DNA of 64,000 nt, from the NCBI GenBank assembly GCA_965200315.1, contig OZ241362.1:4384001-4448000 (forward strand). Direction: 5' to 3'. This document shows positions 21,690 to 31,459 of the stretch, piece after piece. The stretch comes from Candidatus Latescibacterota bacterium. GTDB taxonomy: Bacteria; Latescibacterota; UBA2968; UBA8231. Under the pieces are notes generated by a model that saw only the letters and a list, made by a program, of their open reading frames with translations, did not search any database and was not told where the DNA came from. A program made the position numbers and the translations under genes. Positions within the stretch are counted from its first letter, which is position 1; each line of letters starts with the position of its first letter.

Positions 21690-22823
21690 ATGCACGAAGT
21701 CCCCAAAGGGAAAATTACTTGTATTGAAAAATGCGTACTGCGCGGCACCCGGCCGCGCTACATCGGCTTCAACGCCCGCATCCCCGCGCACGGCTCGCAG
21801 ATTGTAGACCCAGTCGTCCGGGTTCGCACGGACGGCGGGGGGTGGGGCTTGGGTTGGTCGCGCATTGGCGAGGCCGAGGCGAGTGCGCTGCTCGGCAAGG
21901 AGATCGGCGATCTCTTCCAACTCCCCGACGGTTGCCTGCCCACAGGCCGCAATCTCGACCTGCCGCTGTGGGATTTGGTGGCGCGGACGATGGATTTGCC
22001 GCTGTACCGCTTGCTCGGTGCCCGCGGCAAACGCGCGGTCGAAGTGTACGACGGCTCGGTCTATATCGACGATTTGGAAGCCACCGATGAAGAACAGGTC
22101 AAAGACATCTTCCGCGGCGAAGTCGCCACCGGCCACGAGCACGGCTATTTGCACTTCAAGATCAAGGTTGGCCGCGGTGCGCGCTGGATGCCCACAGACG
22201 CCGGCCTCAAGCGCGACGAGTTGGTCATTCGCACGGTGCGCGAAGCCGCCGGTCCGCAGGCCAAGGTGCTCATCGACGCCAACATGGGCAATACGCTCAA
22301 CACGGCTATAGCCCTGTTGGACGCCTGCGCGGATGTGGGCATCTATTGGTTTGAGGAGCCTTTTGCCGAAGACGCTCCGCTCAACCAAGCGCTCAAGGAA
22401 CACATCGTCGCAAATGACTGGGACACGCTGGTGGCCGATGGGGAATTTGCGCCGCCACCGTACTTTTTTGACTTGGTAGAACAGGGATTTATCGATGTGG
22501 TGCAGCACGACTTTCGCGCTATGGGCTTGACGTGGTGGCGGAGCACGTCGGCGCGGCTAGAGCAGTGGAACGCGCTGTGCGCCCCCCACTGCTGGGGTTC
22601 GTACATCGAGCGCTTTCACCACGCCCATTTCGCCGCTTCCATCCCCAACTTCTGCCTGCTCGAAGCCGCACCGGCTGCCATGCCCGGGCTAATCACCGAT
22701 GGCTGGCAACTCGCCGACTCCATTCTGCACGTACCCAACACGCCCGGCGCGGGTCTCGACATCGATCCGCGCATCTTCGCGCAGGGAATGGAGGATCGAG
22801 AGGGGTTTAGGGTGGTGATTTGA
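21690..22823 (+). CDS. Mandelate racemase/muconate lactonizing enzyme (enolase superfamily)
   Basis: DLPLWDL, FKIKVG, IDAN, WFEEP, DGE, PHCWG; ATG after AAGGAG. Confidence 0.88.
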   Translation: MHEVPKGKITCIEKCVLRGTRPRYIGFNARIPAHGSQIVDPVVRVRTDGGGWGLGWSRIGEAEASALLGKEIGDLFQLPDGCLPTGRNLDLPLWDLVARTMDLPLYRLLGARGKRAVEVYDGSVYIDDLEATDEEQVKDIFRGEVATGHEHGYLHFKIKVGRGARWMPTDAGLKRDELVIRTVREAAGPQAKVLIDANMGNTLNTAIALLDACADVGIYWFEEPFAEDAPLNQALKEHIVANDWDTLVADGEFAPPPYFFDLVEQGFIDVVQHDFRAMGLTWWRSTSARLEQWNALCAPHCWGSYIERFHHAHFAASIPNFCLLEAAPAAMPGLITDGWQLADSILHVPNTPGAGLDIDPRIFAQGMEDREGFRVVI

Positions 22824-22948
22824 GGGCAAAAATTGAAGAATAGGGAAGCGAAAATCGCAGTTATGCGTATCTTTAGTACAATCCCCTCTATCCCCTGCCG
22901 TTTTCTATTTTAGCCCGACCGGACGCTGTAAATGAGGAGGAGTGTGCG

Positions 22949-24364
22949 ATGACAGACGATCTTCATACCAACCCATTTGAAAAGATCGACACCAATCAGG
23001 TCGCCGAAGATCTCCATATCGTAGAAGATAGCCAAAGGAATGCGAGGCGGGGGCGGCCCGTATTAGACAGTGCGGAAGACGATCTCGACCCCACGGAACG
23101 CAAGGTTATCGGGCTAATTGAGAGCGCTCAAACCCAGGCGCAGCAGACGTGCGAGAGCGAGCTAAAGGCGTACAGAGAGCGTCTCGTCGCGCTAGACTTC
23201 CGAGAGCAGCTAAGTTCCATTGATATTGAAACGGCCAAGCAACGGGCGGAGTTCGATCAGCACGTCGATAAGGCCATAGTGGAGTTGAGCAGAGAACAAC
23301 AGGGGCTGCGCCGCAAAAAAGAAGACATGCAGCAGTTTAAGGAACAAAATGGCCTCCATCGCGAGCCGCAGCCCCGCAGTTGGGACGACAAGATATTCAA
23401 CATCGGCATCATCGCCGTGCTCTTTCTCATTGAGACATTTGGCAATGCCTCCTTTCTGGCAAAGGGCAACGAATTTGGGCTGTTGGGCGCGTACACCGAA
23501 GCGGTTGTCATTTCGTTTGTCAACCTCGGGATCGCCTTTTTGCTCGGCATTCTCGTCACCAATTTCAATCACGTTCACCGAGTCAGAAAGTCCGTGGGCA
23601 TCCTCACCGCGGTGGTGTTTCTGGCCTTTGCGTTGTTTTTCAACTTGATGGTGGCTCACTACCGGGAAACAACGGGCACAGTGCTCGACGAAGGGGGCAA
23701 ACTCGCCATCGCCGCTTTTGGCACAAATCCACTGGGGCTGGAGGACTTCCAATCGTGGATTCTGTTTTTCATGGGATTCCTCTTTGCGATTATCAGCTTT
23801 ATCGATGGCATCCTGTGGGATGACCGCTATCCGGGGTACGCCAAGTGTGCGCGCGTATTCGCGGAGGCTGACGAAGCATACAACGCGCTTTATCAGGCCA
23901 GCCTAAAGGAATTGAAGAAAGCGTCGGATGAGGCGGTGCAAGCGTTGGAGCACATCAAGCAAAACATTTTGCTTGCGGGACGCCGACACGATTCTATCAT
24001 CGACGACCATCGCCGCCTCATCAAATCGTTCGACGATCATCTAGAGCACCTAGAGCATGCGGGAAACCACTTGCTCAAGCTCTACCGGGATACCAATCGG
24101 GCGATGCGCGACGGAGAAGCGCCGGAGCGATTCAAGAAGCCTTGGCACATAGTGAAAACGTCCATTGACACCAGCTTGCCGAAGGCCATGCTGACGCGCG
24201 AGGAAATTTTGAAGATTACTAGCGCCGCAGAAATAAAAATTGACAAAGGCATCGCCGAACTACACAATCAGTACGACATGGGCAGCGAGGAACTGCGACC
24301 TTTGGCTCCGCATCGGAGGCAGTCGGATAGCCGGATCCCGAGGGACGACCAGGAAGAGAGTTAA
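22949..24364 (+). CDS. Hypothetical membrane protein: coiled-coil / ~4 TM / coiled-coil
   Basis: 471-aa ORF with GAGGAG RBS; hydrophobic segments in the middle third, flanked by charged helical regions. Confidence 0.75.
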   Translation: MTDDLHTNPFEKIDTNQVAEDLHIVEDSQRNARRGRPVLDSAEDDLDPTERKVIGLIESAQTQAQQTCESELKAYRERLVALDFREQLSSIDIETAKQRAEFDQHVDKAIVELSREQQGLRRKKEDMQQFKEQNGLHREPQPRSWDDKIFNIGIIAVLFLIETFGNASFLAKGNEFGLLGAYTEAVVISFVNLGIAFLLGILVTNFNHVHRVRKSVGILTAVVFLAFALFFNLMVAHYRETTGTVLDEGGKLAIAAFGTNPLGLEDFQSWILFFMGFLFAIISFIDGILWDDRYPGYAKCARVFAEADEAYNALYQASLKELKKASDEAVQALEHIKQNILLAGRRHDSIIDDHRRLIKSFDDHLEHLEHAGNHLLKLYRDTNRAMRDGEAPERFKKPWHIVKTSIDTSLPKAMLTREEILKITSAAEIKIDKGIAELHNQYDMGSEELRPLAPHRRQSDSRIPRDDQEES

Positions 24365-25164
24365 TGAGCACGAGTAAGCTATCGAATAAAACGATAGCCG
24401 GCGGTGCGATGATCGCGGGGGTCATCGCGATCTTGCTCGTTTTTGTGTGGCTAAAGCCCCCGTCGGTCGAGCGCGACCCCAAGACCCTTTGCCGGTCGGA
24501 AGGCCCCTCGGCGATTACGGCGATTCTGCTCGATCGCACGGATTCGTTCATGCCCACTACCAAGACCGATCTGGAGACGCGGATTTGGAATCTGCTCGAC
24601 CAGATAGAGGAAAATCACGAGATCAGTCTTTTTGCGGTGGACCCTACGCATGGCGGGAGCCTCGACCCGATCATCAAGGTATGTAGCCCCGGCGACCCGA
24701 AAAACGTCGATCACCTCACGCAATCCGAAGCGATCATTCGGCGCAACTGGCAGCAGAAATTTCGCACTCCTTTAGAGGAGGAGCTTGGCAAGCTGCTCAC
24801 CAACAAGGAGGCCAAATCGTCGCCGATCATGGAGTCGGTGCAGTCGGTTGCCATAACGCATTTTCAGAGTACCCAGCGGCGCGATGTGCCGCGGCGTCTC
24901 ATCATCGTTTCAGATCTCCTGCAAAACAGCGACGCGATTTCCTTCTACAAGGATGAGCCGGATTTCAGGCGCTTTCACGCAAGCCCCCAAGCTCGAGGGC
25001 TCAACCCGGACCTGCGCGGCGTCGAGATCGAGCTATGGCTCATTCAGCGGAAGCAACGGCAGCAGGGAGACGGCGAAGCCGTGTTGCAATTCTTCCGCTC
25101 TTGGCTGGCGGAACACGGGGGCCGAGTCCGCACGTCTGTGCGAACTTCGGGCATAAACGACTGA
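24364..25164 (+). CDS. Membrane-anchored VWA-like protein
   Basis: N-terminal TM; ILLDRTDS (MIDAS-like), SPIME, IIVSDLLQNS; TAATG coupling to the upstream gene. Confidence 0.6.
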   Translation: MSTSKLSNKTIAGGAMIAGVIAILLVFVWLKPPSVERDPKTLCRSEGPSAITAILLDRTDSFMPTTKTDLETRIWNLLDQIEENHEISLFAVDPTHGGSLDPIIKVCSPGDPKNVDHLTQSEAIIRRNWQQKFRTPLEEELGKLLTNKEAKSSPIMESVQSVAITHFQSTQRRDVPRRLIIVSDLLQNSDAISFYKDEPDFRRFHASPQARGLNPDLRGVEIELWLIQRKQRQQGDGEAVLQFFRSWLAEHGGRVRTSVRTSGIND

Positions 25165-25306
25165 TGAAGAGACGCGATGAGAGTTTGGGACTGTAACCGC
25201 TCTTGTTTCTGAGTTGGCGACCCGCAAGCTCGTAGCACCGAATATGAAGTGGATTCTGGCGACGAAACTCAAAATCCAGTATTGAGATCTATGGCGGGAG
25301 GTCAAA

Positions 25307-25564
25307 TTATCGGTACGCTTGATCGCGGCGGCTGCCCCTCGTCACCAAGACGCGATCCTGAATGTCGCAAATCACGCGATAGCCTCCCACCCGATAACGC
25401 CATAGCCCGCTCAATGGGCCAGTCAGTGCCTCGCCTAGGTGCCGTGGATCATTGAGCACTGCGATACGCTCACTCATGTAATCGACGATGCGTCGAGCCA
25501 TCTGTTTATCGAGCTTGCCAAGCTGTTTTTCTGCCGTGTCGGTGTACTCAATCGTCCAAGCCAA
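25307..25564 (-). CDS. RelE/ParE family toxin, C-terminus possibly degenerate
   Basis: WTIEYTDTAEKQLGKLD...LWRYRVGGYRVICDIQD. Confidence 0.8.
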   Translation of the reverse strand: MAWTIEYTDTAEKQLGKLDKQMARRIVDYMSERIAVLNDPRHLGEALTGPLSGLWRYRVGGYRVICDIQDRVLVTRGSRRDQAYR

Positions 25565-25763
25565 GTGCTTTTCTCACCTCGACGGAGGAATGTACCTTTT
25601 CCTCTCCTTGGTGGACGCGTTCTAGCACGGCCATGGCGAGGTAGTAATCTTCTATGTCCTCAAGGCTGCGTTCAGTGAGCTCGCGCCGGTAAAAAGCCTT
25701 GCTGCGCCCGGTCTCGGACACCAGCAGGTCGAGCCGTCGCTCGGTCTCGGGATCTAGTTGCAT
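25548..25763 (-). CDS. RHH antitoxin (RelB/TraY-like), in frame with the upstream Res ORF
   Basis: LDPETERRLDLL..TGRSKAFY...EDIEDYYLA...LGLDD; overlaps the toxin start. Confidence 0.75.
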   Translation of the reverse strand: MQLDPETERRLDLLVSETGRSKAFYRRELTERSLEDIEDYYLAMAVLERVHQGEEKVHSSVEVRKALGLDD

Positions 25764-28375
25764 CGTAGTTTCCCCATCATAGAGTCTTAACGCATGTTGG
25801 ATGACCTGTTGGATGCAATCAGCCTCATTTAAAAAATAAACACCATCCGTTTTCCACTCATTCACAGAACGACCGCCGTCATCAATCTCCGAAGCTGGTG
25901 TGACGGACAAAATATAGGCATGCAGGTACAAGTCCGAGTCGTTCTTGCGTACTCGCTCTTCAATTTCCGCGATCTCGTGGTGTAGTTGCACCTTTTTGTG
26001 TTCTCTTTGGCCGAACCGGCTCAAGCCCTTCGGATCGAGAAACAGAACGTGCTGATGTGCGTCGTCCTTCAACCAGACGATAAAATCCGGGTAATAACCG
26101 AAGTCATCGAAAAAGGACACACCCCGACCGCGGGTCAGATTGCGAATCAGAAACAACTCTTTGCCTTGTAAGCAGGGATCACCTTTCCGGGCCAGCTCTT
26201 CTAGCTGCTCGACAACGCGCTTCTCGTTTTCGTCCAAGGGTACAGGTTGAACTGTAACGCTGCGATCCTTCCGGGTATGTAGCAGTGGCTGATACGCATG
26301 AGCCTGTGACCAAATGACGCCGATTTTCAAATTTTTATACCAACTTTCTAACTTGTTGTACCGGCCTTCGCGGACATTATACGCTAGTTCACCCGCGTCC
26401 TTGACCAACTGATCTTCGGTTACATCCACGGATAGCTCGTAGTTTACGGCATTGTTTGGATCATCCTCTTCCAGCGCGGCGACCTCAATCTCGTCGTGTT
26501 CCCAGTGTCTGCGCTGCCTGCGCCAGAAGTTATCGGCGTATTCGGTAATCAGATCAAGGGCGATGTTCTCCAATCCGCGTATCTGCTTGAATCCGGTGGC
26601 GTTCAACCGATCCGGCGGCATATAGAGTTCGTACCAGTCATCGCTTTGCAATAGCTGTTCCACTGTCCCCGGTTTAATAACCAGATTGTGCCAGCCTTTT
26701 TGTTGCTTGCGCGATAACAGCCGCTCGTAAATACGGACTGTGTTGAAGAAGGTGGCGTGAGGCGTGAGGCTGACCGAATCTTGTTCTGTTCCCTCACTGA
26801 ACTCAGTGCCATCAGATGCAACGGATTGAAGTCGTGAATATAGATCCAGCGTCACTATGCGGTTACTATTAGTCGGCCCCGGCAGGACGGGACGCTCAGC
26901 GGAGAGGTTGTATTTTCGATCATCCTTGAGTTGGATCAGCTTCAGAGCTGTCTCCTTGGCAAAGTTCCATGTAATGGGAAAGCTAAATATCTCTTGTTCG
27001 GTGCGCATTCCTTCTTTTTCTAAAAGATCCCGGAAAGTCTGCATATAGTTGGCTCGCAGCCCAAAAATGTATAACTTTTCCAGTTCCGCCAGTTCATCAC
27101 TGTCCTCCGGCAGTTCCACTCCGCTTTCGCGGTGCCGCTTCAGGCTCATATTATAGCCCTTCAGACGCACACCGCGTCCGAACATCTGGATGATTTCCGG
27201 GCCTTCGCCTACACCGACGTGCATTAGCCCCATCGTGCTCACGCGCCATGAGTTCCAACCCGCGATGAAACGCCGTGCGCCGATGACGATATTCACGGTT
27301 GAATCTGGATGGTCCACATCGGCGAATAGCCGTGCAGCAAAGCCCATCTCTCGATCAACATCGAAATCGAGGTTAGAATTTTCCGTGAGCAGACTGTAGA
27401 GTTTCGCCGAGTCCCCGACATTGACCACACCAAAAGGATTATTGTCCGCGGTGCGAAGATGCAACTCGCCCTCGCCTGCGGTCAGATAGACGACGTGCAA
27501 CCGCCCTGCTCCGTGAAATAGAGTCTCACAGAGATCGGCGTAGAGGTCTTCTCCGCTGGACAAATGAGAAAAGCGGCCAGAAAAGTAATCGTTGCCAGTG
27601 CTGTCGAGCAATCCCGATTCCCCGGCTAATAGGCGTAGGATCACAGCCCGCACATCTTCGCCGTGGGTCAGCACCCAACCGAGAAAATTCAAAATGCGGA
27701 TAACGTCGGATCGGATCACTTGGTCCGCCCTGCTCGATCCCGTCACCGTCTTGCCGAGAAATACCCAAAGCGGCTTTGCCGGATTGAACGCCTTCCACAA
27801 CGCGCCCTTGTCTCGATAGATGCGGTATTGCTGGTAGAAGGTAAGCAGGCAGCCCAGCAAGTACATGTCGCTATTCTCGTCCTGCACCCCGCCCGGCAGG
27901 TTCAGGATCGCGTAGTCCTTGCCGTAGCCATCTGCGTGAAATCGGCTGTACGAGTAGTCGAATAGCAGACACTTGCCGTAGGCATTCAGCAGATCTTCGT
28001 TCTTCCCCGCTACCTGATTGAAGGTCGCAGAATACTCAAACGCAAAGCCACCGATCGCCAACTCACGACGGCGTTCGCGCCAGACCTTGCCCGACGCGCC
28101 TAGGTGCCCTTCATCAACCAGCACCAAATTGTCGTCGCCGAAGTCCGTCACCGCAATGCGCTTCACTCCCTTTTTCTCGGCCAGTTTATTCAGGTCAATG
28201 ATCTCAACGGTCGTAAACAAATTAGAACTGGCCTCGCGGGAAAACAGCCGCGCCCGCAGACCGCTTTCCCGCATCTCGCGCTCGTGTTGCACAGACATCT
28301 GCTCATTCGGCGTCACCAGCACGATATTGTTTAGCCGCCTGCCCGCACGGTCCAGATAATGCCTGTATTGCAGAA
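25764..28375 (-). pseudogene. Type III restriction-like helicase/endonuclease (Res), N-terminus including Walker A removed at the IS boundary
   Basis: VLVDEGH, EYSATF, LFDYSY, QMFGRGVR, YYPDFIVW...FLDPKG; recognisable sequence begins abruptly at LLQYRHYL next to the TIR. Confidence 0.8.
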
Positions 28376-28395
28376 GGCAATTAGTATTTAAGGGC

Positions 28396-28424
28396 TTGAC
28401 TGTCCCTTGATTCTCTAGTACTTT
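28396..28424 (+). promoter_or_regulatory. Promoter overlapping the left TIR, driving passenger genes
   Basis: TTGACT-N17-TACTTT, 7 nt before ATG 28432. Confidence 0.6.
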
Positions 28425-28431
28425 CCTCTGT

Positions 28432-28942
28432 ATGAACAGAGTTAGACTTGGCGATATTTGTACCGTCCGCAAGGGGGCTGCTCCGACCGCCTTTGATGGA
28501 GATATACCCTATCTGACGATGGAGTACCTTCGCGGGGAAAAAAACGAACCTCCGCTAGTCAAACCCGATTCTAATAGCCTTCTGGCGTCCGATGGAGACA
28601 TCCTACTGCTATGGGATGGGGCAAACGCTGGGGACTTTATACGAGCCAAGAGAGGCGTAGTATCTTCGACGGTTGCCCTGCTTAATCCCAATACTCAAAT
28701 CGTTGATCTTGACTTTTTCTACGCAGCCTGTAAGAGAAAAAGCAACAAGAACGGGTACTACGATCCCCCACGTACATGGGAAATCTCTTGCAACTATCCT
28801 CTTCGATCTACCCCCCCTCTCCGAACAACAAGTTATAGCGGAACTATTGGGGAAAGCCCGTCAAAGCGTTGAATTAGCCCAGCAGCTAACCGAAAAATAC
28901 CGACTACAAGAAAAAGCACTAAGGAAACGTTTGATACCATGA
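28432..28942 (+). pseudogene. hsdS: Half-size Type I RM specificity subunit (one TRD plus conserved helix), frameshifted near 28730-28745
   Basis: VRLGDIC..RKG, IPYL, GDILLLWDGANAG, SSTVALL, then frame change to GTTIPHV...LPPLSEQQVIAELL. Confidence 0.75.
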
Positions 28943-28945
28943 GAA

Positions 28946-28976
28946 AGCCCGTAGAAGGTGCGAACTTCTACGGGCT
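28946..28976. other. 12-bp stem hairpin between the IS passengers
   Basis: AGCCCGTAGAAG-GTGCGAA-CTTCTACGGGCT. Confidence 0.65.
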
Positions 28977-29009
28977 AAGTACTACCCCTAACCAACAGAA
29001 AGGACGACG

Positions 29010-29261
29010 ATGGCGATTGTGCCAATTACGGGGAAAAATCTCTTGCATGTACTAGCCGAGATGGGGATAGAAAAACAATTTCAAATCTATAAGGCAGGAG
29101 AGATTCGCGTTTTGCCTGTTGAGCCGGACCCTGCTTCTCACTTTTTGCTGTCTTTCGATGAATGCCACTATTTGATTCCTCGAAATGAGGCTCTTGTACT
29201 GGCTGATTTTTTTGCAAATTACCACCAGAACCACCCTGCTGAGGAGCAGTCATTTGATTGA
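29010..29261 (+). CDS. Hypothetical 83-aa IS passenger protein
   Basis: AAAGGA RBS, clean ORF converging on the transposase. Confidence 0.6.
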   Translation: MAIVPITGKNLLHVLAEMGIEKQFQIYKAGEIRVLPVEPDPASHFLLSFDECHYLIPRNEALVLADFFANYHQNHPAEEQSFD

Positions 29262-29271
29262 CTCCGTATGG

Positions 29272-30144
29272 CTACGCAAAGCAGGCCCGCAAGAAACCGT
29301 TGAAGGCGTCGGCGTCTTTGCGGTGGTTGTATTTCCAGACCGCTTCTGCTACGAACAAGGGCGACCAACCTTTCGTGTACTTATGATGCGAGCCGTACCA
29401 AGCGCGTTTGAGCAACGACCAAAAGCCTTCAATGGTATTGGTGTGTAGGGTCTTGTTGCTGGCGTCAACGTATTCCTCGGTGCGGTGGTTGACGGTGCGG
29501 TGCGGCATCAGCTTGTGAGCGTTGAAATAAACCGTGTACTCGTCCGTAATCAACGACGATTCTTCTACCTCGACAGACTGCGCGATAAAGTCCAAGACGG
29601 TCGCGGCCTTAGTGTCGTCTGGTACAGCGGCTTTGACGCGCCCCCCGCGCTGGACGGCTCCAACGACGGGCGTTTTGCCAGTACCGCGCCCGCGCTTGTT
29701 GTTGTCGTTCTTGTAGCGAGGCTTACCGCCTACATACGTTTCGTCGGCCTCGATGATGCCGCGCAGTAGGGCCTTTTCGTCCGATGCCATAGCGGCGCGA
29801 ATCCGCTGTTGCATGAACCACGCGCTTTTCTGGTTGAGTTCCAGATCGCGGGCTAGCTGGCAACTCGACAAGCTCTTTTTGGCGTTGGCCATTAGCGAGA
29901 TGGCCAAGAACCACTTTTGCAGCGGGATTTTGGTCCCCTGAAAAATGGTTTGGGACAAGACATTAAAACTAGAATGGCAGCCGTGGCAGTTCCAGCGGCC
30001 TACACGCTCATTCTCCGCTTTGCGGGCAACGTCACAATCGCCGCACAACGGGCAATAGGGGGCATTATTCCAGCGGATTTGCTCTAGATGAGCGATGCAA
30101 GCGGCTTGGTCGGGGTACTGATTGAAGATGCTTATTAGGTTCAT
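29272..30144 (-). CDS. IS1595 family DDE transposase
   Basis: Zn ribbon CPLCG...WNCHGC, HTH, EADETYVGG, LITDEY, HTNTIEGFWSLLKR; AAGGAGG RBS; TTGCCA-N17-TATCTT promoter at the right TIR. Confidence 0.95.
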   Translation of the reverse strand: MNLISIFNQYPDQAACIAHLEQIRWNNAPYCPLCGDCDVARKAENERVGRWNCHGCHSSFNVLSQTIFQGTKIPLQKWFLAISLMANAKKSLSSCQLARDLELNQKSAWFMQQRIRAAMASDEKALLRGIIEADETYVGGKPRYKNDNNKRGRGTGKTPVVGAVQRGGRVKAAVPDDTKAATVLDFIAQSVEVEESSLITDEYTVYFNAHKLMPHRTVNHRTEEYVDASNKTLHTNTIEGFWSLLKRAWYGSHHKYTKGWSPLFVAEAVWKYNHRKDADAFNGFLRACFA

Positions 30145-30202
30145 TTTCGTACCTCCTTTAACTACTATAAAGATAGGAAAATAAAGAAGATATGGCAAGC
30201 CC

Positions 30203-31459
30203 TTAAATACTAATTGCCTTGCATTTTTTGCTTTTTTGCCAAGTGGCATAGACGCAGTATTCAAAAAGTTCTTTTTTACTGTTGCGCTTTCTTATTACTT
30301 TGCTTCCTATATTGGTGAATCCGCTACTTGCCAAGGATTCCGCCAGTATTTCTTGTGTGCGAACTTGGATTCCGTAGAAGCTGGAGTTGCCAACAATATA
30401 TGAGAGCACCGCACCGCTCCTCAATTTTCTTCGCAAGTTTTGCAGATGTACGTGCATATCGTGAAAGTACTTCCACACGTAATTTGCCATCAGATCAGCA
30501 TTTTTTTCTTTAGTTTTCAGTATTTGCGAAACGGCGCAATTCAATGAGCGCGGAAGTTCAATCTCGTTTGATTGCCAGTTTTTAAGCCTACTAGTTGCAA
30601 TCCCCCACGTTCCGCCAATAGATTTCCAATCTAACTCGCTAGCCTCCCGGGCAGAATCGAGAAATTTGGTCCAGTACATGTACGGACGAAGTTCGCGGAC
30701 GTAGCTCATACGGTTTGGATATGGTGGCGAAGTGACGACGTGTGAATACTTTTCTTCGTCGATTGAAATGAGTTCTATTGAATCTGCATAGTACGCGGTG
30801 GATGAACCCGCAAGTTTTTCGCTGGCACTTTCGATGATAGTGCTTAACGCATTCTGATACAGGCACTCAATCTGTTCGATAGTGTGGGGCTTTACACCGT
30901 CGCGAAAGGACATGGATACGTGATTGAACGCCGCTGCCGATGTCTCAATAGCTACGCGGCAAAATGCGATCCATACCAAAGCTGAAACATGGCCTTCTGT
31001 GGGTTCGCCAAACCGCTCGACGAGTGCATTGCGAAGTACAGCGAGTACTTGCAAGGTGCATTTAGGCCACCATCGAGTAATGTTATATATATTGGGCACC
31101 CAGTTATCTCCATTTGCAACGTTCTTGCAAGTTGAAAAAATTTGAGTGCTTTCTTCCTTTAACCCTTCCAGTTCTCTTTTTGAATAGTTGCGGCACTTGG
31201 CATTTCCAAGCCATATAAGAAATGGGTTTATATCAAGACAGTGTGCAGACAATCCGCGCTCGGCGGCGACTAGGCCGCTCGTAGCGGTCCCCGAAAAGGG
31301 ATCGAGAATGAAGGAGTCCTTTGGAACGCTAGCGATAATTTCGCTTACGAGTTTGACCGAATAGGCGGGTGTCAAGCGCAGCCATCCGTGCCGCCCGATA
31401 TTCTCGTTGTACTTGAACGTATAGTCTGCTTGCCGTTTAATTCTATTCACGTCTATCAC
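30203..31459 (-). CDS. Amino-DNA methyltransferase (likely N4-mC, motif I before motif IV)
   Basis: LDPFSGTATS and VTSPPY; last codons and stop (AISI*) are supplied by the IS TIR; visibly AT-richer. Confidence 0.88.
   Translation of the reverse strand: MIDVNRIKRQADYTFKYNENIGRHGWLRLTPAYSVKLVSEIIASVPKDSFILDPFSGTATSGLVAAERGLSAHCLDINPFLIWLGNAKCRNYSKRELEGLKEESTQIFSTCKNVANGDNWVPNIYNITRWWPKCTLQVLAVLRNALVERFGEPTEGHVSALVWIAFCRVAIETSAAAFNHVSMSFRDGVKPHTIEQIECLYQNALSTIIESASEKLAGSSTAYYADSIELISIDEEKYSHVVTSPPYPNRMSYVRELRPYMYWTKFLDSAREASELDWKSIGGTWGIATSRLKNWQSNEIELPRSLNCAVSQILKTKEKNADLMANYVWKYFHDMHVHLQNLRRKLRSGAVLSYIVGNSSFYGIQVRTQEILAESLASSGFTNIGSKVIRKRNSKKELFEYCVYATWQKSKKCKAISI

Larger units (their letters stand above)
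28376..30218 (-). mobile_element. IS1595-family element with passenger genes (transporter IS), 1843 bp
   Basis: Perfect 23-bp TIRs GGCAATTAGTATTTAAGGGCTTG (28376-28398) and its reverse complement (30196-30218); encloses a transposase and two passengers. Confidence 0.92.

Noticed and set aside
28376-28472. N-terminus MRTVQISPS... of the 974-aa ORF
   Set aside because: It is read-through from IS sequence, antisense to the hsdS passenger, not a genuine Res start
30145-30264. N-terminal extension of the transposase ORF
   Set aside because: It crosses the TIR; the RBS and promoter indicate a start at 30144
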